From: Deltaproteobacteria bacterium
Lineage (GTDB): Bacteria > Myxococcota_A > UBA9160 > SMWR01
NCBI GenBank assembly: GCA_032128115.1
Contig: JAQBHB010000054.1
Location: 1-64,000 of the forward strand
Length of the DNA stretch: 64,000 bases
Direction: 5' to 3'
Below are positions 17,299-25,960 of the stretch, piece after piece. The stretch's first letter is position 1; every line of letters begins with the position of its first letter. A model generated the notes under the pieces. It saw only the letters and a list, made by a program, of their open reading frames with translations. It was not told the origin of the DNA and did no database searches. Both the position numbers and the translations under genes were made by a program.

Positions 17299-17894
17299 GG
17301 AGAAGCCTCATCCAGGCCCGCGGCCGCCAGCAGGGCCAGGGTTTCGTCCACGGGCAGCCCGATCACGTTGGTCTCGCTGCCCTCGATGGCCGCGATCAGT
17401 CGACGCCCCTCGCCCTGGGCGGCGTAGGCGCCGGCCTTGTCCAGGCTCTCACCGGTTGCCACGTAGGCCCGAAGCTCCTGCTCATCGGCGCTGTGCATCA
17501 CCACATCGGTCTCCACGACGACGTGTCGCACCTGGAGGCTGTCACTCGATACGACGGCCACCGCCGTGATCACCCGGTGGCGCCGCCCCACCAGGCGCAT
17601 CAATAGCGCCACGGCGTGCTCCGCGTCCTTGGGCTTGCCGACGGCTTCGCCATCCACCACCACCAGGGTGTCGGCGCCAAGCACCAGGCGGGGCGGCTGG
17701 GCACCCACGCGTTCGGCCACAGCGAGGGCCTTGGCGCGAGCCAGGCGCAGGGCCGAGGCCCGCGGCGATTCACCGGGCCGGGCCGTCTCGTCCACGTTCG
17801 CGGGCTTCACCTCGAACGGCACGCCCGCCCGCTGCAGCAGGTCGCGGCGCCGCGGGGAGGCGCTGGCGAGGATCAGGGGGAGAGCGGTCGCCAT
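17295..17894 (-). CDS. maf: Maf-family nucleoside triphosphate pyrophosphatase
   Basis: ILASASPRR, ADTLV, GKP, DKAGAY, NVIGLP. Confidence 0.94.
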   Translation of the reverse strand: MATALPLILASASPRRRDLLQRAGVPFEVKPANVDETARPGESPRASALRLARAKALAVAERVGAQPPRLVLGADTLVVVDGEAVGKPKDAEHAVALLMRLVGRRHRVITAVAVVSSDSLQVRHVVVETDVVMHSADEQELRAYVATGESLDKAGAYAAQGEGRRLIAAIEGSETNVIGLPVDETLALLAAAGLDEASP

Positions 17895-17960
17895 GGCACC
17901 GCGGGGGTACCGAGCCCCTCGGGATGCGTCAAGAAGCAGATCCGGTAGCCTCGACGCCAC

Positions 17961-18536
17961 ATGGAAAGGGTGCAGACGCTTGCCGCTCCTCCCGTGCGCA
18001 GCGACGGCGTGCCGCCCTGCGCGGTGGGAGGAGCGTTGCTCGCCGTGATCGTGGCGTTGGGCTGCGCGGGCGACGTGGTGGCCGTCGAGGGGGGGTACCG
18101 GAACGAGCGGCACGATTACCACTTCGAAGCCCCGGGCGGTCCCGGCCCCGCCTGGGATCGGGTGCGCGTGAAGGGCGCCGCCATTGCCTTTCGGCGGCCG
18201 GGCCCGGAGACCCTGATCGTCCAGTCGCGTTGTGGCCATCCCGTGGCCCGGCCCGAGATCATGGCCCGCCAGCTCGTGATCGGGATCAAGCCGCGCCGGA
18301 TCGAGGACAGCGAGGCGGTGCGGGTGGACGGCCGGCCGGCCTGGCGCCAGACCATTGAATCCGGGAGCGTGCGGGTGAGGACGGTGACCGCCGTCGCCGG
18401 CGATTGCACCGTGGACTGGATGCTCACCCTCGCGGGCCCCGGGCCCCACGATGACGCCGAGGCTGCCTTCGAGGCGTGGGTCGCGTCGTTTCGCCTCGAC
18501 GGTCTGCCGGGCCTGTCGGAGTCGATCCATCCGTGA
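17961..18536 (+). CDS. Hypothetical lipoprotein (possible PsbP/DcrB-like fold)
   Basis: Lipobox ALGC; VDGRPA...FEAWVASF pattern; stop overlaps the mlaE GTG. Start is uncertain. Confidence 0.65.
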   Translation: MERVQTLAAPPVRSDGVPPCAVGGALLAVIVALGCAGDVVAVEGGYRNERHDYHFEAPGGPGPAWDRVRVKGAAIAFRRPGPETLIVQSRCGHPVARPEIMARQLVIGIKPRRIEDSEAVRVDGRPAWRQTIESGSVRVRTVTAVAGDCTVDWMLTLAGPGPHDDAEAAFEAWVASFRLDGLPGLSESIHP

Positions 18537-19333
18537 GCGGGAGTCGGGTACAGCGGGCCGAGGCACGGCTGGCGGATCTGGGCGACCGCAGCCTCCAGAT
18601 CGTCGAGGGCTGTGGATCGTTCTTCCAGCTCGCGGGTCGCAGCTTTCGCGCCATGGCGAGTGGGCGCTTTCCTTTGCTGGAGACGCTTCGCCAGGTGGAG
18701 GCCATCGGGTCGCGCTCGACCACCATCGTATTGCTGACCGCGCTCTTCACGGGAATGGTCCTGGCACTCCAGACGGGCTTCGCGCTGGCGCGTTTCGGCG
18801 CCAAGCCCTACGTGGGGGCGGTGGTGGGGCTCTCGCTGGCCCGGGAGCTGGCGCCGGTGCTCACGGCCCTGATGGTGGCGGGCCGCGTGGGCGCGGGCAT
18901 CGCCGCCGAGATCGGGTCCATGACCGTCACCGAACAGGTGGACGCCATCCGCTCCATGGGCGCGGACCCGGTCCAGAAGCTGGTGGTGCCCCGGGTCGTG
19001 GCTGCCACCCTCTCGCTTCCGCTGCTGACGGCCATGGCGGGCATCCTCGGAATTCTGGGGGGGCTCGTGATTGCCACCACCCAGTTCGGAATCACCGCGA
19101 ACTTCTATCTCCAGACGATCTTCCACAACGTCACCGTCGACGATTTCGTGTCGGGAATCGCCAAGACCTTCGTGTTCGGCTGGATCATCGCCATGGTCGG
19201 CTGCTACTTCGGGCTCACGGCCAGCGGAGGCACCGTGGGGGTGGGGCGCGCCACCACCCGCGCCGTGGTCACCGCGTCGATTTCGGTGCTGATTTCGGAC
19301 TTCTTCCTGACCAAGGCACTGCTCGTCCTATGA
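18533..19333 (+). CDS. mlaE: MlaE-family ABC permease
   Basis: GMVLALQ, RELAPVLTALMVAGRVGAGIAAEIGSM..EQVDA, GVGRATT. Confidence 0.95.
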   Translation: MSGSRVQRAEARLADLGDRSLQIVEGCGSFFQLAGRSFRAMASGRFPLLETLRQVEAIGSRSTTIVLLTALFTGMVLALQTGFALARFGAKPYVGAVVGLSLARELAPVLTALMVAGRVGAGIAAEIGSMTVTEQVDAIRSMGADPVQKLVVPRVVAATLSLPLLTAMAGILGILGGLVIATTQFGITANFYLQTIFHNVTVDDFVSGIAKTFVFGWIIAMVGCYFGLTASGGTVGVGRATTRAVVTASISVLISDFFLTKALLVL

Positions 19334-20202
19334 CCGGCGAGGGCAACGGACGCGAGCGGTTGATCGAGCTGCGCGACGTGTACAAGTCGTTCCGGGGCCA
19401 GGCCGTGCTGCGCGGGGTCGATCTGAGTGTCTTCGAGGGCGAGACGCTGACGATCCTGGGCGGTTCGGGCAGCGGAAAGTCGGTGGTTCTCAAGCACATG
19501 ATCGGCCTTCTCAAGCCCGATGCGGGGCGTGTGTTCGCGCTGGGAGCGGATATCACCGACTGGGGGGAGCTCCAGCTGGTGGAGGTCCGCACTGCCTTTT
19601 CGATGATCTTCCAGAGTGCTGCGCTCTTCGATTCGCTCAGCGTCTTCGAGAACGTGGCGTACCCGCTGCGCGAACACCGCGCCTGGTCCGAGGCGCAGAT
19701 CGGGGAGCGGGTGACCGAGTGCCTGGAGTCGGTGGGGCTGACCGGAGCCGACGCCCTGATGCCGGCGGAGCTTTCCGGCGGCATGCGAAAGCGCGTGGGC
19801 GTGGCGCGTGGCATCGCGCTTGCGCCCCGGGTCATCCTCTACGACGAGCCCACCACCGGCCTCGATCCCGCCAACCAGCGGCGAGTCGGCGAGCTGATCC
19901 GCGTGCTCCAGCAGCGGCTGCAGGTGACCTCGGTAGTGGTCACCCACGAGCTGGAGCTGTGCTTTGCCATCTCCGACCGTGTGGCGCTGCTCAAGGACGG
20001 TAGAATTGCAGCGGAGGGGGCTGCGGAGGCCATCCGGGCCTCGGAGGATCCAGCCGTGCGCGCCTTCCTGGCCGGCGAGCAGGACACGGCATCCGAGCCG
20101 GGGCCTGCACCCAGACAGGGCACGGCATCCGAACCGGGGCCTGCCCCCAGACAGGACGCGGCATCCGAAGTGGCGCGAGAAGGAGATCGTCATGGACCGT
20201 GA
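19330..20202 (+). CDS. mlaF: MlaF-family ABC ATPase
   Basis: GGSGSGKS, FQSAALFDSL, LSGGMRKRVG, YDEPTTGLDP. Confidence 0.94.
   Translation: MTGEGNGRERLIELRDVYKSFRGQAVLRGVDLSVFEGETLTILGGSGSGKSVVLKHMIGLLKPDAGRVFALGADITDWGELQLVEVRTAFSMIFQSAALFDSLSVFENVAYPLREHRAWSEAQIGERVTECLESVGLTGADALMPAELSGGMRKRVGVARGIALAPRVILYDEPTTGLDPANQRRVGELIRVLQQRLQVTSVVVTHELELCFAISDRVALLKDGRIAAEGAAEAIRASEDPAVRAFLAGEQDTASEPGPAPRQGTASEPGPAPRQDAASEVAREGDRHGP
20080..20169. repeat. 36-bp tandem repeat (2.5 copies) in mlaF 3' end
   Basis: CAGGACACGGCATCCGAGCCGGGGCCTGCACCCAGA repeated with a few mismatches. Confidence 0.85.
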
Positions 20203-21142
20203 TCGACGCCTGAGTCTCACGGTGGGGGGGCTGGTGCTTGGCGGCCTGGTCGCCCTTTGCGTGGCGATCCTGACCCTCTCCTCCCAGAGCGGAATCTGGA
20301 CGTCGCACTATCGGCTCGTCGGCTACTTCGACAATGTGGGTGGCCTGATCCGCGGAGCCCCGGTGTGGCTGGCCGGCAAGCGCGTGGGGGGTGTCGAGAG
20401 CGTGCAATTCGATTCCGACCCGTTGTCCGGCGCCGCGGTGAAGGTCGTGATGCAGATCCAGCAATCCGCCAGCGAGCGAATTCGCGCCGACTCGGTGGCG
20501 AGCATCGGCACCATCGGACTGCTCGGCGATGTGTACGTGGAGATTTCCCTGGGCACCACCGAAGCGCGGATGCTCGAGGACGGCGACCAGCTGGCCTCCC
20601 TGAGTCCGGTCGACCTGAATCGCCTGATCGCCAAGGTGGGCTCGGGCATCGACGATATTGGTCGCCTTACCACGACGCTCAACAGCGTGATTTCGGAGTT
20701 CGAACGCGAGCAGGGCGCCAGCAAGCTCGCTGACTCGGTGGTGGCGTTCAGCGAAGTGGTAGAGGAGGTGGTGCAAGGCGAGGGCCTCCTGCACAGCCTG
20801 ATCTACGACGAGTACGAGGGGGGAGGGGTAAAGAGCATCGAGCGCTCGCTGGCCCTGCTCGAAGACATCCTGCAGCAGGTGGCCGAAGGCGACGGCGTGA
20901 TGCATGCCCTGCTCTACGAACCGGCCAGTGTGGGCGACGAGGAGGAGTTCGCCCGGACCCTGCGCGACGCGACGGTCCGCTTGAACAGCATTCTCGCCAA
21001 GGTCGACCGCGGCGAGGGTACCATCGGCCTGATGCTCAACGACCCGACCCTCTACGAAGAACTGAAGATGCTCGTGGGCGGAGCCGGCCGCAGCGCCGTG
21101 GTTCGCGCGCTCATCGATCTCACGAAGCAGGACGAGAGGTAG
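20192..21142 (+). CDS. mlaD: MlaD/MCE-family protein
   Basis: N-terminal TM, FDNVGGL..GAPV.LAG..VG.V, GLLGD.YVEI; helical tail with GTIG.M.ND. Confidence 0.93.
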   Translation: MDRDRRLSLTVGGLVLGGLVALCVAILTLSSQSGIWTSHYRLVGYFDNVGGLIRGAPVWLAGKRVGGVESVQFDSDPLSGAAVKVVMQIQQSASERIRADSVASIGTIGLLGDVYVEISLGTTEARMLEDGDQLASLSPVDLNRLIAKVGSGIDDIGRLTTTLNSVISEFEREQGASKLADSVVAFSEVVEEVVQGEGLLHSLIYDEYEGGGVKSIERSLALLEDILQQVAEGDGVMHALLYEPASVGDEEEFARTLRDATVRLNSILAKVDRGEGTIGLMLNDPTLYEELKMLVGGAGRSAVVRALIDLTKQDER

Positions 21143-21144
21143 GC

Positions 21145-21498
21145 GTGCCGGTGGAGGACTCGTCGAATCGACGCTGGTCCCTCGCGGGCGCGCGGGCCCT
21201 GCTGGACGAGGTGCGCGAGCGGACCCGGCGGGCCGCCGAAACCGTGGAGAGCGTGCTGGCCGAACGCGAGTCGCTGCCCGAGGGCTCACCGGAGTGGACC
21301 GCCGCCGACGCAGCGATCCGGCGCACCGTGAGCGGCTGGACCCGGTCCATGGAGGCCTTGGGCCTCGAGGTGAGGGGCCTGTGGCTCGTCGATTTCGACA
21401 ATGGCAGCGGGTGCTACTGCTGGAAGTGGCCCGAGGAGGAGCTGGCCTACTTCCACGGCTATGAAGAGGGCTTCGAAGGGCGCGTAAGAATTCAGTAA
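21145..21498 (+). CDS. DUF2203-family protein
   Basis: WSL..ARALL, LVDF, YCWKWPEEELAYFHGYEEGF.GR. Confidence 0.8.
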   Translation: MPVEDSSNRRWSLAGARALLDEVRERTRRAAETVESVLAERESLPEGSPEWTAADAAIRRTVSGWTRSMEALGLEVRGLWLVDFDNGSGCYCWKWPEEELAYFHGYEEGFEGRVRIQ

Positions 21499-21540
21499 TT
21501 CTCCGGGCAGCAGCCGCTGAATCCGGCGGGCGAAATCGCG

Positions 21541-21564
21541 ATTTCGGACTCAATTTCGGACTCA
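21541..21564. repeat. 12-bp direct tandem repeat x2 (ATTTCGGACTCA)
   Basis: Directly visible upstream of the PilZ gene. Confidence 0.75.
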
Positions 21565-21586
21565 AGTCGGCGGGACGACTTGCCGA

Positions 21587-21934
21587 TTGAAGTATGTGTT
21601 TTCCCGCGGGACCCGCGCCGTACGCGAAGCCACCGAGCTGCGAGGAAGCCCTCGCGCCCAGGTCTGTTTCCCCGTCGAATTCCAGTCGATGATGTCGATG
21701 GGGCAGGGGATGCTCGCGAACGTCTCCTACTCCGGAGCACTTGTCGAGCCCGCCTCGGAGTCCATCGAGCTGGGCACGAGACTCGTCCTGCGCTGCTCGC
21801 TCTTCGTGGGATCCTTTGACATCGAGCTGGCTGGGGAGATCGTCCGGAATACGGACGGCGGCTTCGCCGTGCGGTTCGTCGATCTGGGACCTCGCCAGAT
21901 GGATCTCCTCCGCAGGATGTTCGCGCAGAACTGA
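21587..21934 (+). CDS. PilZ domain (c-di-GMP-binding) protein
   Basis: RxxxR (RGSPR) and NxSxxG (NVSYSG), GEIVR, FAVRF. Start is uncertain. Confidence 0.85.
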   Translation: MKYVFSRGTRAVREATELRGSPRAQVCFPVEFQSMMSMGQGMLANVSYSGALVEPASESIELGTRLVLRCSLFVGSFDIELAGEIVRNTDGGFAVRFVDLGPRQMDLLRRMFAQN

Positions 21935-21975
21935 AACACGTCGTCGGGGATATTTCCCTCGATCGGCCGCCCTCG

Positions 21976-22042
21976 GTCTAGCGGTCTCCGATGGGGGACC
22001 CGCTCCCCGTCTAGCGGTCTCCGATGGGGGACCCGCTCCCCG
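21976..22042. repeat. 33-bp tandem duplication of amt 3' end including its stop codon
   Basis: GTCTAGCGGTCTCCGATGGGGGACCCGCTCCCC x2. Confidence 0.92.
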
Positions 22043-23351
22043 ACGAGGTGTAGGCGGTCTCGGCGTGCAGGCTCAAGTCCAGGCCGGTGGCCTCTTCCTC
22101 TTCGTCGACGCGCAGGCCCAGTGTGGCCTTCACGATCGTGAGGATGACGAAGGTCCCGACGCCGCAGAGGGCGTAGGTGGCCAGGATGCTCACGGCCTGT
22201 TTCCACACCTGGCCGGGGTTTCCGCCAAACAGCAGGCCCCCGCCACTGAGCAGGGGCGAGGCGAAGATCCCCGTGGCCAGGGCTCCCCAGGTGCCGCCCA
22301 CGCCGTGAACCCCCACCACGTCGAGGGCGTCGTCGTAGCCCAGACGGCTCTTCAGGCCGCACGCCTTGTAGCAGAGGAAGCCGGCCACGGCGCCGATGGC
22401 GATGGCCGACATGGGCTCCACGAAGCCCGCCGCCGGGGTGATGGCCACCAGACCCGCCACCGCTCCGGTCGCGGCGCCCACCGCCGTGGGCTTCCCGCGC
22501 CCGATCCACTCGCTGAACATCCAGCCCAACACCGCCGCGCCGGTGGCGGTGTTGGTATTCACGAAGGCGATGGTCGCGATGCCGTTGGCGGCGAGCGCGC
22601 TTCCGGCGTTGAATCCGAACCAGCCCACCCACAGCAGCGCGGCCCCCATCACCACGAAAGGCACGTTGTGGGGCTGCATGGGCTCCTTGCCGAAGCCGCG
22701 GCGCCGTCCCAGCATCATGGCCGCCACCAGGGCCGAGATTCCCGACGAGATGTGCACCACGGTGCCCCCCGCGAAATCCAGGGCGCCCAGCTTGCCGACC
22801 CAACCGCCGCCCCACACCCAGTGACATAGCGGCGAATAGAGGAAAGTCGTCCACAGCACGAGGAACAGCAGGAAGGCCGAGAATTTCATGCGCTCGGCAA
22901 TGGCGCCGACGATCAGCGCCGGTGTGATGATGGCGAACATGAGCTGGAAGACCATGAACGCCTGGTCGGGGATCGTCGGGGCGATGGTGCCCACCTCCCA
23001 GCTGACGCCCGAGAGCCCCAGGAGGCTCAGGTCACCGAACAGGCCCATGACGTCCGGACCGAACGCGATCGAGTAGCCCCACAGCACCCACGTGATGCTC
23101 ACCACGGCGGCGGTGACGAAGCACAACATCAGGATCGAGAGCACGTTCTTGCCGCGCACGAGACCGCCGTAGAAGAGCGCCAATGCCGGGATCGTCATCA
23201 TCAGGACGATCAGGGAGCTGGTGAGGACCCACGCCACGTCGCCGCTGTTGATCGCGCTGGTGGCGGCCGCGTCCTGGGCCAGGGCCGCAGCAGGGGCGAG
23301 GCCGGTGGCCAGGCCCGACAGGTTCAAGATCGCGCGGAGCCCGAGTCGCAT
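22011..23351 (-). CDS. amt: Ammonium transporter AmtB
   Basis: FYGGLVR, FQLMFAIIT, DFAGGTVVH, GWFGFNAGS, DDALDV.GVHG, GLD...H.E.AY. Confidence 0.97.
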   Translation of the reverse strand: MRLGLRAILNLSGLATGLAPAAALAQDAAATSAINSGDVAWVLTSSLIVLMMTIPALALFYGGLVRGKNVLSILMLCFVTAAVVSITWVLWGYSIAFGPDVMGLFGDLSLLGLSGVSWEVGTIAPTIPDQAFMVFQLMFAIITPALIVGAIAERMKFSAFLLFLVLWTTFLYSPLCHWVWGGGWVGKLGALDFAGGTVVHISSGISALVAAMMLGRRRGFGKEPMQPHNVPFVVMGAALLWVGWFGFNAGSALAANGIATIAFVNTNTATGAAVLGWMFSEWIGRGKPTAVGAATGAVAGLVAITPAAGFVEPMSAIAIGAVAGFLCYKACGLKSRLGYDDALDVVGVHGVGGTWGALATGIFASPLLSGGGLLFGGNPGQVWKQAVSILATYALCGVGTFVILTIVKATLGLRVDEEEEATGLDLSLHAETAYTSSGSGSPIGDR

Positions 23352-23407
23352 GGGGGTCTTCCTCCCTCGTTCGGATGCAGGATCCTCAGCAAGTCGGCCT
23401 GCGAGAT

Positions 23408-23424
23408 AGCAAAGCTTGTGCCAG
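23408..23424 (-). promoter_or_regulatory. Sigma-54 (-24/-12) promoter of amt
   Basis: CTGGCAC-AAGCT-TTGCT on the minus strand, ~57 nt upstream of the ATG. Confidence 0.85.
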
Positions 23425-23494
23425 AGCCGGCACAGGGCTGGGAGTCGCTGGGCAGGCTTCTCGCGCGTTGCGAGGCCGGTTCGGGGGCGGCGCC

Positions 23495-23533
23495 TGCCCA
23501 GGGAGCGGGCACCCGCTGCCCAGGATTTGAACA
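23495..23533. promoter_or_regulatory. Two NtrC-like enhancer sites
   Basis: TGCCCA-N5-CGGGCA and TGCCCA-N5-TGAACA, offset by 22 bp, ~70-110 bp upstream of the sigma-54 site. Confidence 0.6.
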
Positions 23534-23665
23534 GGTGCCGGGACCCCGGGGGCGGCCTACGACGCCTCGCGCGGTCTCAAGCGCAGCCGCCATCCGGCCG
23601 AAAACTCTCGAGGACGCAAGCAACCGGCAGTTCTCCCACCCATGGGTGCGGCGAGGCGGCGGAGT

Positions 23666-24274
23666 ATGACGATCGGGATCTTCATCGTTTTCTTCCTGTC
23701 CGGTGCGGCGGCGCTGGTGTACCAGCTGGTGTGGCAGCGGGCACTGTTCGGCATCTACGGCCTGGACATCGCCTCGGTCACCGTGGTGGTCACCGCCTTC
23801 ATGCTGGGCCTGGGCATCGGGAGCCTGGTGGGCGGCGCGCTCTCGCACCGGCATCCGAAGCTCACCCTGCCATTGTTCGCGTGCTTCGAGCTGGGGATCG
23901 GCCTGTTCGGCTTCGTGAGCCTCCCGCTGTTCGACCTGGTGGCTGGCATCACCACCGGCATCGGCCACGCGGGAACCGGGATCGTGGCGTTCGCGTTGCT
24001 GGTGTTTCCGACGACGCTCATGGGCGCGACGCTGCCGCTGCTGGTGGGTCACGCCACCCGAGGTTCGCAGAACGTGGGTCGCTCGGTGGGCAATCTCTAT
24101 TTCGTGAACACGCTGGGTGCGGCGATCGGCGCCTTCCTGGCCGTCGAATTCCTGCTGAGCAGCCTGGGCCTGCTGGCGTCCGTCAAGCTGATGGCCGTGC
24201 TCAACATCAGCCTGGGGGTCGCGGTGCTTGCCATGGACCGGATGCAGTCGCGGGTCTGGGAGAAGACGGCGTGA
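23666..24274 (+). CDS. Membrane protein, N-terminal module of the fused MFS/spermidine-synthase family
   Basis: SGAAALVYQLVW.R, FMLGLGIGS, PTTLMGATLP, LY.VNTLGA. Confidence 0.85.
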   Translation: MTIGIFIVFFLSGAAALVYQLVWQRALFGIYGLDIASVTVVVTAFMLGLGIGSLVGGALSHRHPKLTLPLFACFELGIGLFGFVSLPLFDLVAGITTGIGHAGTGIVAFALLVFPTTLMGATLPLLVGHATRGSQNVGRSVGNLYFVNTLGAAIGAFLAVEFLLSSLGLLASVKLMAVLNISLGVAVLAMDRMQSRVWEKTA

Positions 24275-25833
24275 ACGCCAACGCTCGGCTCATGGCGGGG
24301 TTCGCGGTCGCGATGCTGAGCGGCTTCATCGCGCTGTCCTACGAGATCGTGTGGGTGCGGGTCTACGGCTTCCTCACCGAGACCCAGCCGGATGCCTTCG
24401 GACTGCTGCTGGGCGCATACCTGTCGGGTCTTGCCTTCGGCGCGTTCTTCGCACGCCGCTTCTGCCACCGCGCGGAGGTCGAGACCGATTCCGACCCGCT
24501 CTACGTGCTTGGGCTGTTCCTGATGCTGGCCAATCTGGCGGGATTCTGCGCCGTGCCCCTGGTGGCCCACGCGGTCTCCGCCTGGGCGTGGCCGTCGGAG
24601 AACACGCTGCCGATCTTCGGAGTCGTGGCCGCCCTGTTGGGCACGACCTTTCCGCTGGTGTCGCATTACGCGATTCCCGCCGACGCACGGGCCGGGGCTC
24701 GCCTTTCGTATCTGTACGTGGCCAACATCCTGGGTTCGACGGCGGGAAGCCTCACGACCGGCTTCATCCTGCTCGACGTGCTGAGTCTGCGTTCCCTGTC
24801 GGTTGCGCTGGCCCTGATGGGCCTGATGGTGGCCGGAGCGCTGATCCTGGCGGCTCCGGGGATGCTCGGACTTCGCGTGGCGCGGGGCTCGGCCCTGCTG
24901 GCGGCGACGGTGGTGGTGGTGGTCCTGGCGCCGCGTCTCTACGACCGCGTCTACGAGAAGCTCCAGTACCAGGACGACTTCACCCCGGACACGCGTTTCC
25001 TCCACGTCTACGAGGGCAAGAGCGGCGTCGTCGCCGTGACCCGCTCGGGAACCGTCTACGGCATGGGTTCCTACGACGGCAGCTTCAACACGAACCCGTT
25101 GCCCGACCAGGACACGAACCGCGTGCTTCGCGCCTACCTGATCTCGGCGCTGCACCCGGCCCCGAAGCATATCTTGATGGTGGGACTCGGGTCCGGATCC
25201 TGGCTGCAGGTGCTGGCGAACTTCGACGCCGTGGAGACCATCACGGCCGTGGAGATCAACCCCGGCTACGTGGAGATGATGCGCCGCTCGCCGGTGGTGG
25301 CCAGCGCCCTGGAGAACCCCAAGGTCGAGATCGTCATCGATGACGGGCGCCGCTATATGCGCCGCACGGATCGCCAGTTCGACGTGATCATCCAGAACAC
25401 CATCGTGTACTGGCGCGCCCATGCGACCAACCTGCTCTCGCGCGAGTACTTCGATCTCACGCGCCAGCGGCTGAAGCCGGGCGGCCTGGTGTACTACAAC
25501 ACCACCGCCTCGACGGCGGCCCAGAAGACCGGGGCGAGCATGTTTCCGTTCGCCGTGCGCTTCCAGAACATGCTGATCGCGGGCGATTCGCCCATCGTGG
25601 TGGACCGGGACCGCTGGCGCCGGTCGCTGGCCGGTTGGGAGATCGATGGGAGCCCGGTGGTCGACGTGGAGCGCGACGCCAGTCAGATCGAGCAGATGCT
25701 GCAAGAGGCCATGTGGCGCGGGCGGCCCAGCTGGGAGGGGCATGCCTCGATCCTGGAGCGGACCCACGCCGAGCCGCTGATCACCGACGACAACATGGCC
25801 ACGGAGTGGTACGCCTTCGATACCTATCCCTGA
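24271..25833 (+). CDS. Membrane + SAM-dependent spermidine-synthase-like domain protein
   Basis: SGFIALSYEIVW, LY.ANILGS, VGLGSG, VEINP, DDGR, FDVII, LKPGG, TDDN. Confidence 0.85.
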   Translation: MNANARLMAGFAVAMLSGFIALSYEIVWVRVYGFLTETQPDAFGLLLGAYLSGLAFGAFFARRFCHRAEVETDSDPLYVLGLFLMLANLAGFCAVPLVAHAVSAWAWPSENTLPIFGVVAALLGTTFPLVSHYAIPADARAGARLSYLYVANILGSTAGSLTTGFILLDVLSLRSLSVALALMGLMVAGALILAAPGMLGLRVARGSALLAATVVVVVLAPRLYDRVYEKLQYQDDFTPDTRFLHVYEGKSGVVAVTRSGTVYGMGSYDGSFNTNPLPDQDTNRVLRAYLISALHPAPKHILMVGLGSGSWLQVLANFDAVETITAVEINPGYVEMMRRSPVVASALENPKVEIVIDDGRRYMRRTDRQFDVIIQNTIVYWRAHATNLLSREYFDLTRQRLKPGGLVYYNTTASTAAQKTGASMFPFAVRFQNMLIAGDSPIVVDRDRWRRSLAGWEIDGSPVVDVERDASQIEQMLQEAMWRGRPSWEGHASILERTHAEPLITDDNMATEWYAFDTYP

Positions 25834-25887
25834 TCCGGGCGACCCGCGATCTTCAGGGAGTGGTGGCCCAGCGGCCGCCGGCCAGTT

Positions 25888-25960
25888 GGCTAGAAGGCGC
25901 TGATGCCCGAAGGCTAGAAGGCGCTGATGCCCGAAGGCTAGTAGGCGCTGATGCCCGAAG
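25888..25960. repeat. 24-bp tandem triplication of pilin 3' end including its stop codon
   Basis: GGCTAG(A/T)AGGCGCTGATGCCCGAA x3. Confidence 0.92.

Noticed and set aside
21505..21585. c-di-AMP/c-di-GMP riboswitch before the PilZ gene (GCTGAATCC seen)
   Set aside because: The remaining conserved elements are absent and the region is too short.
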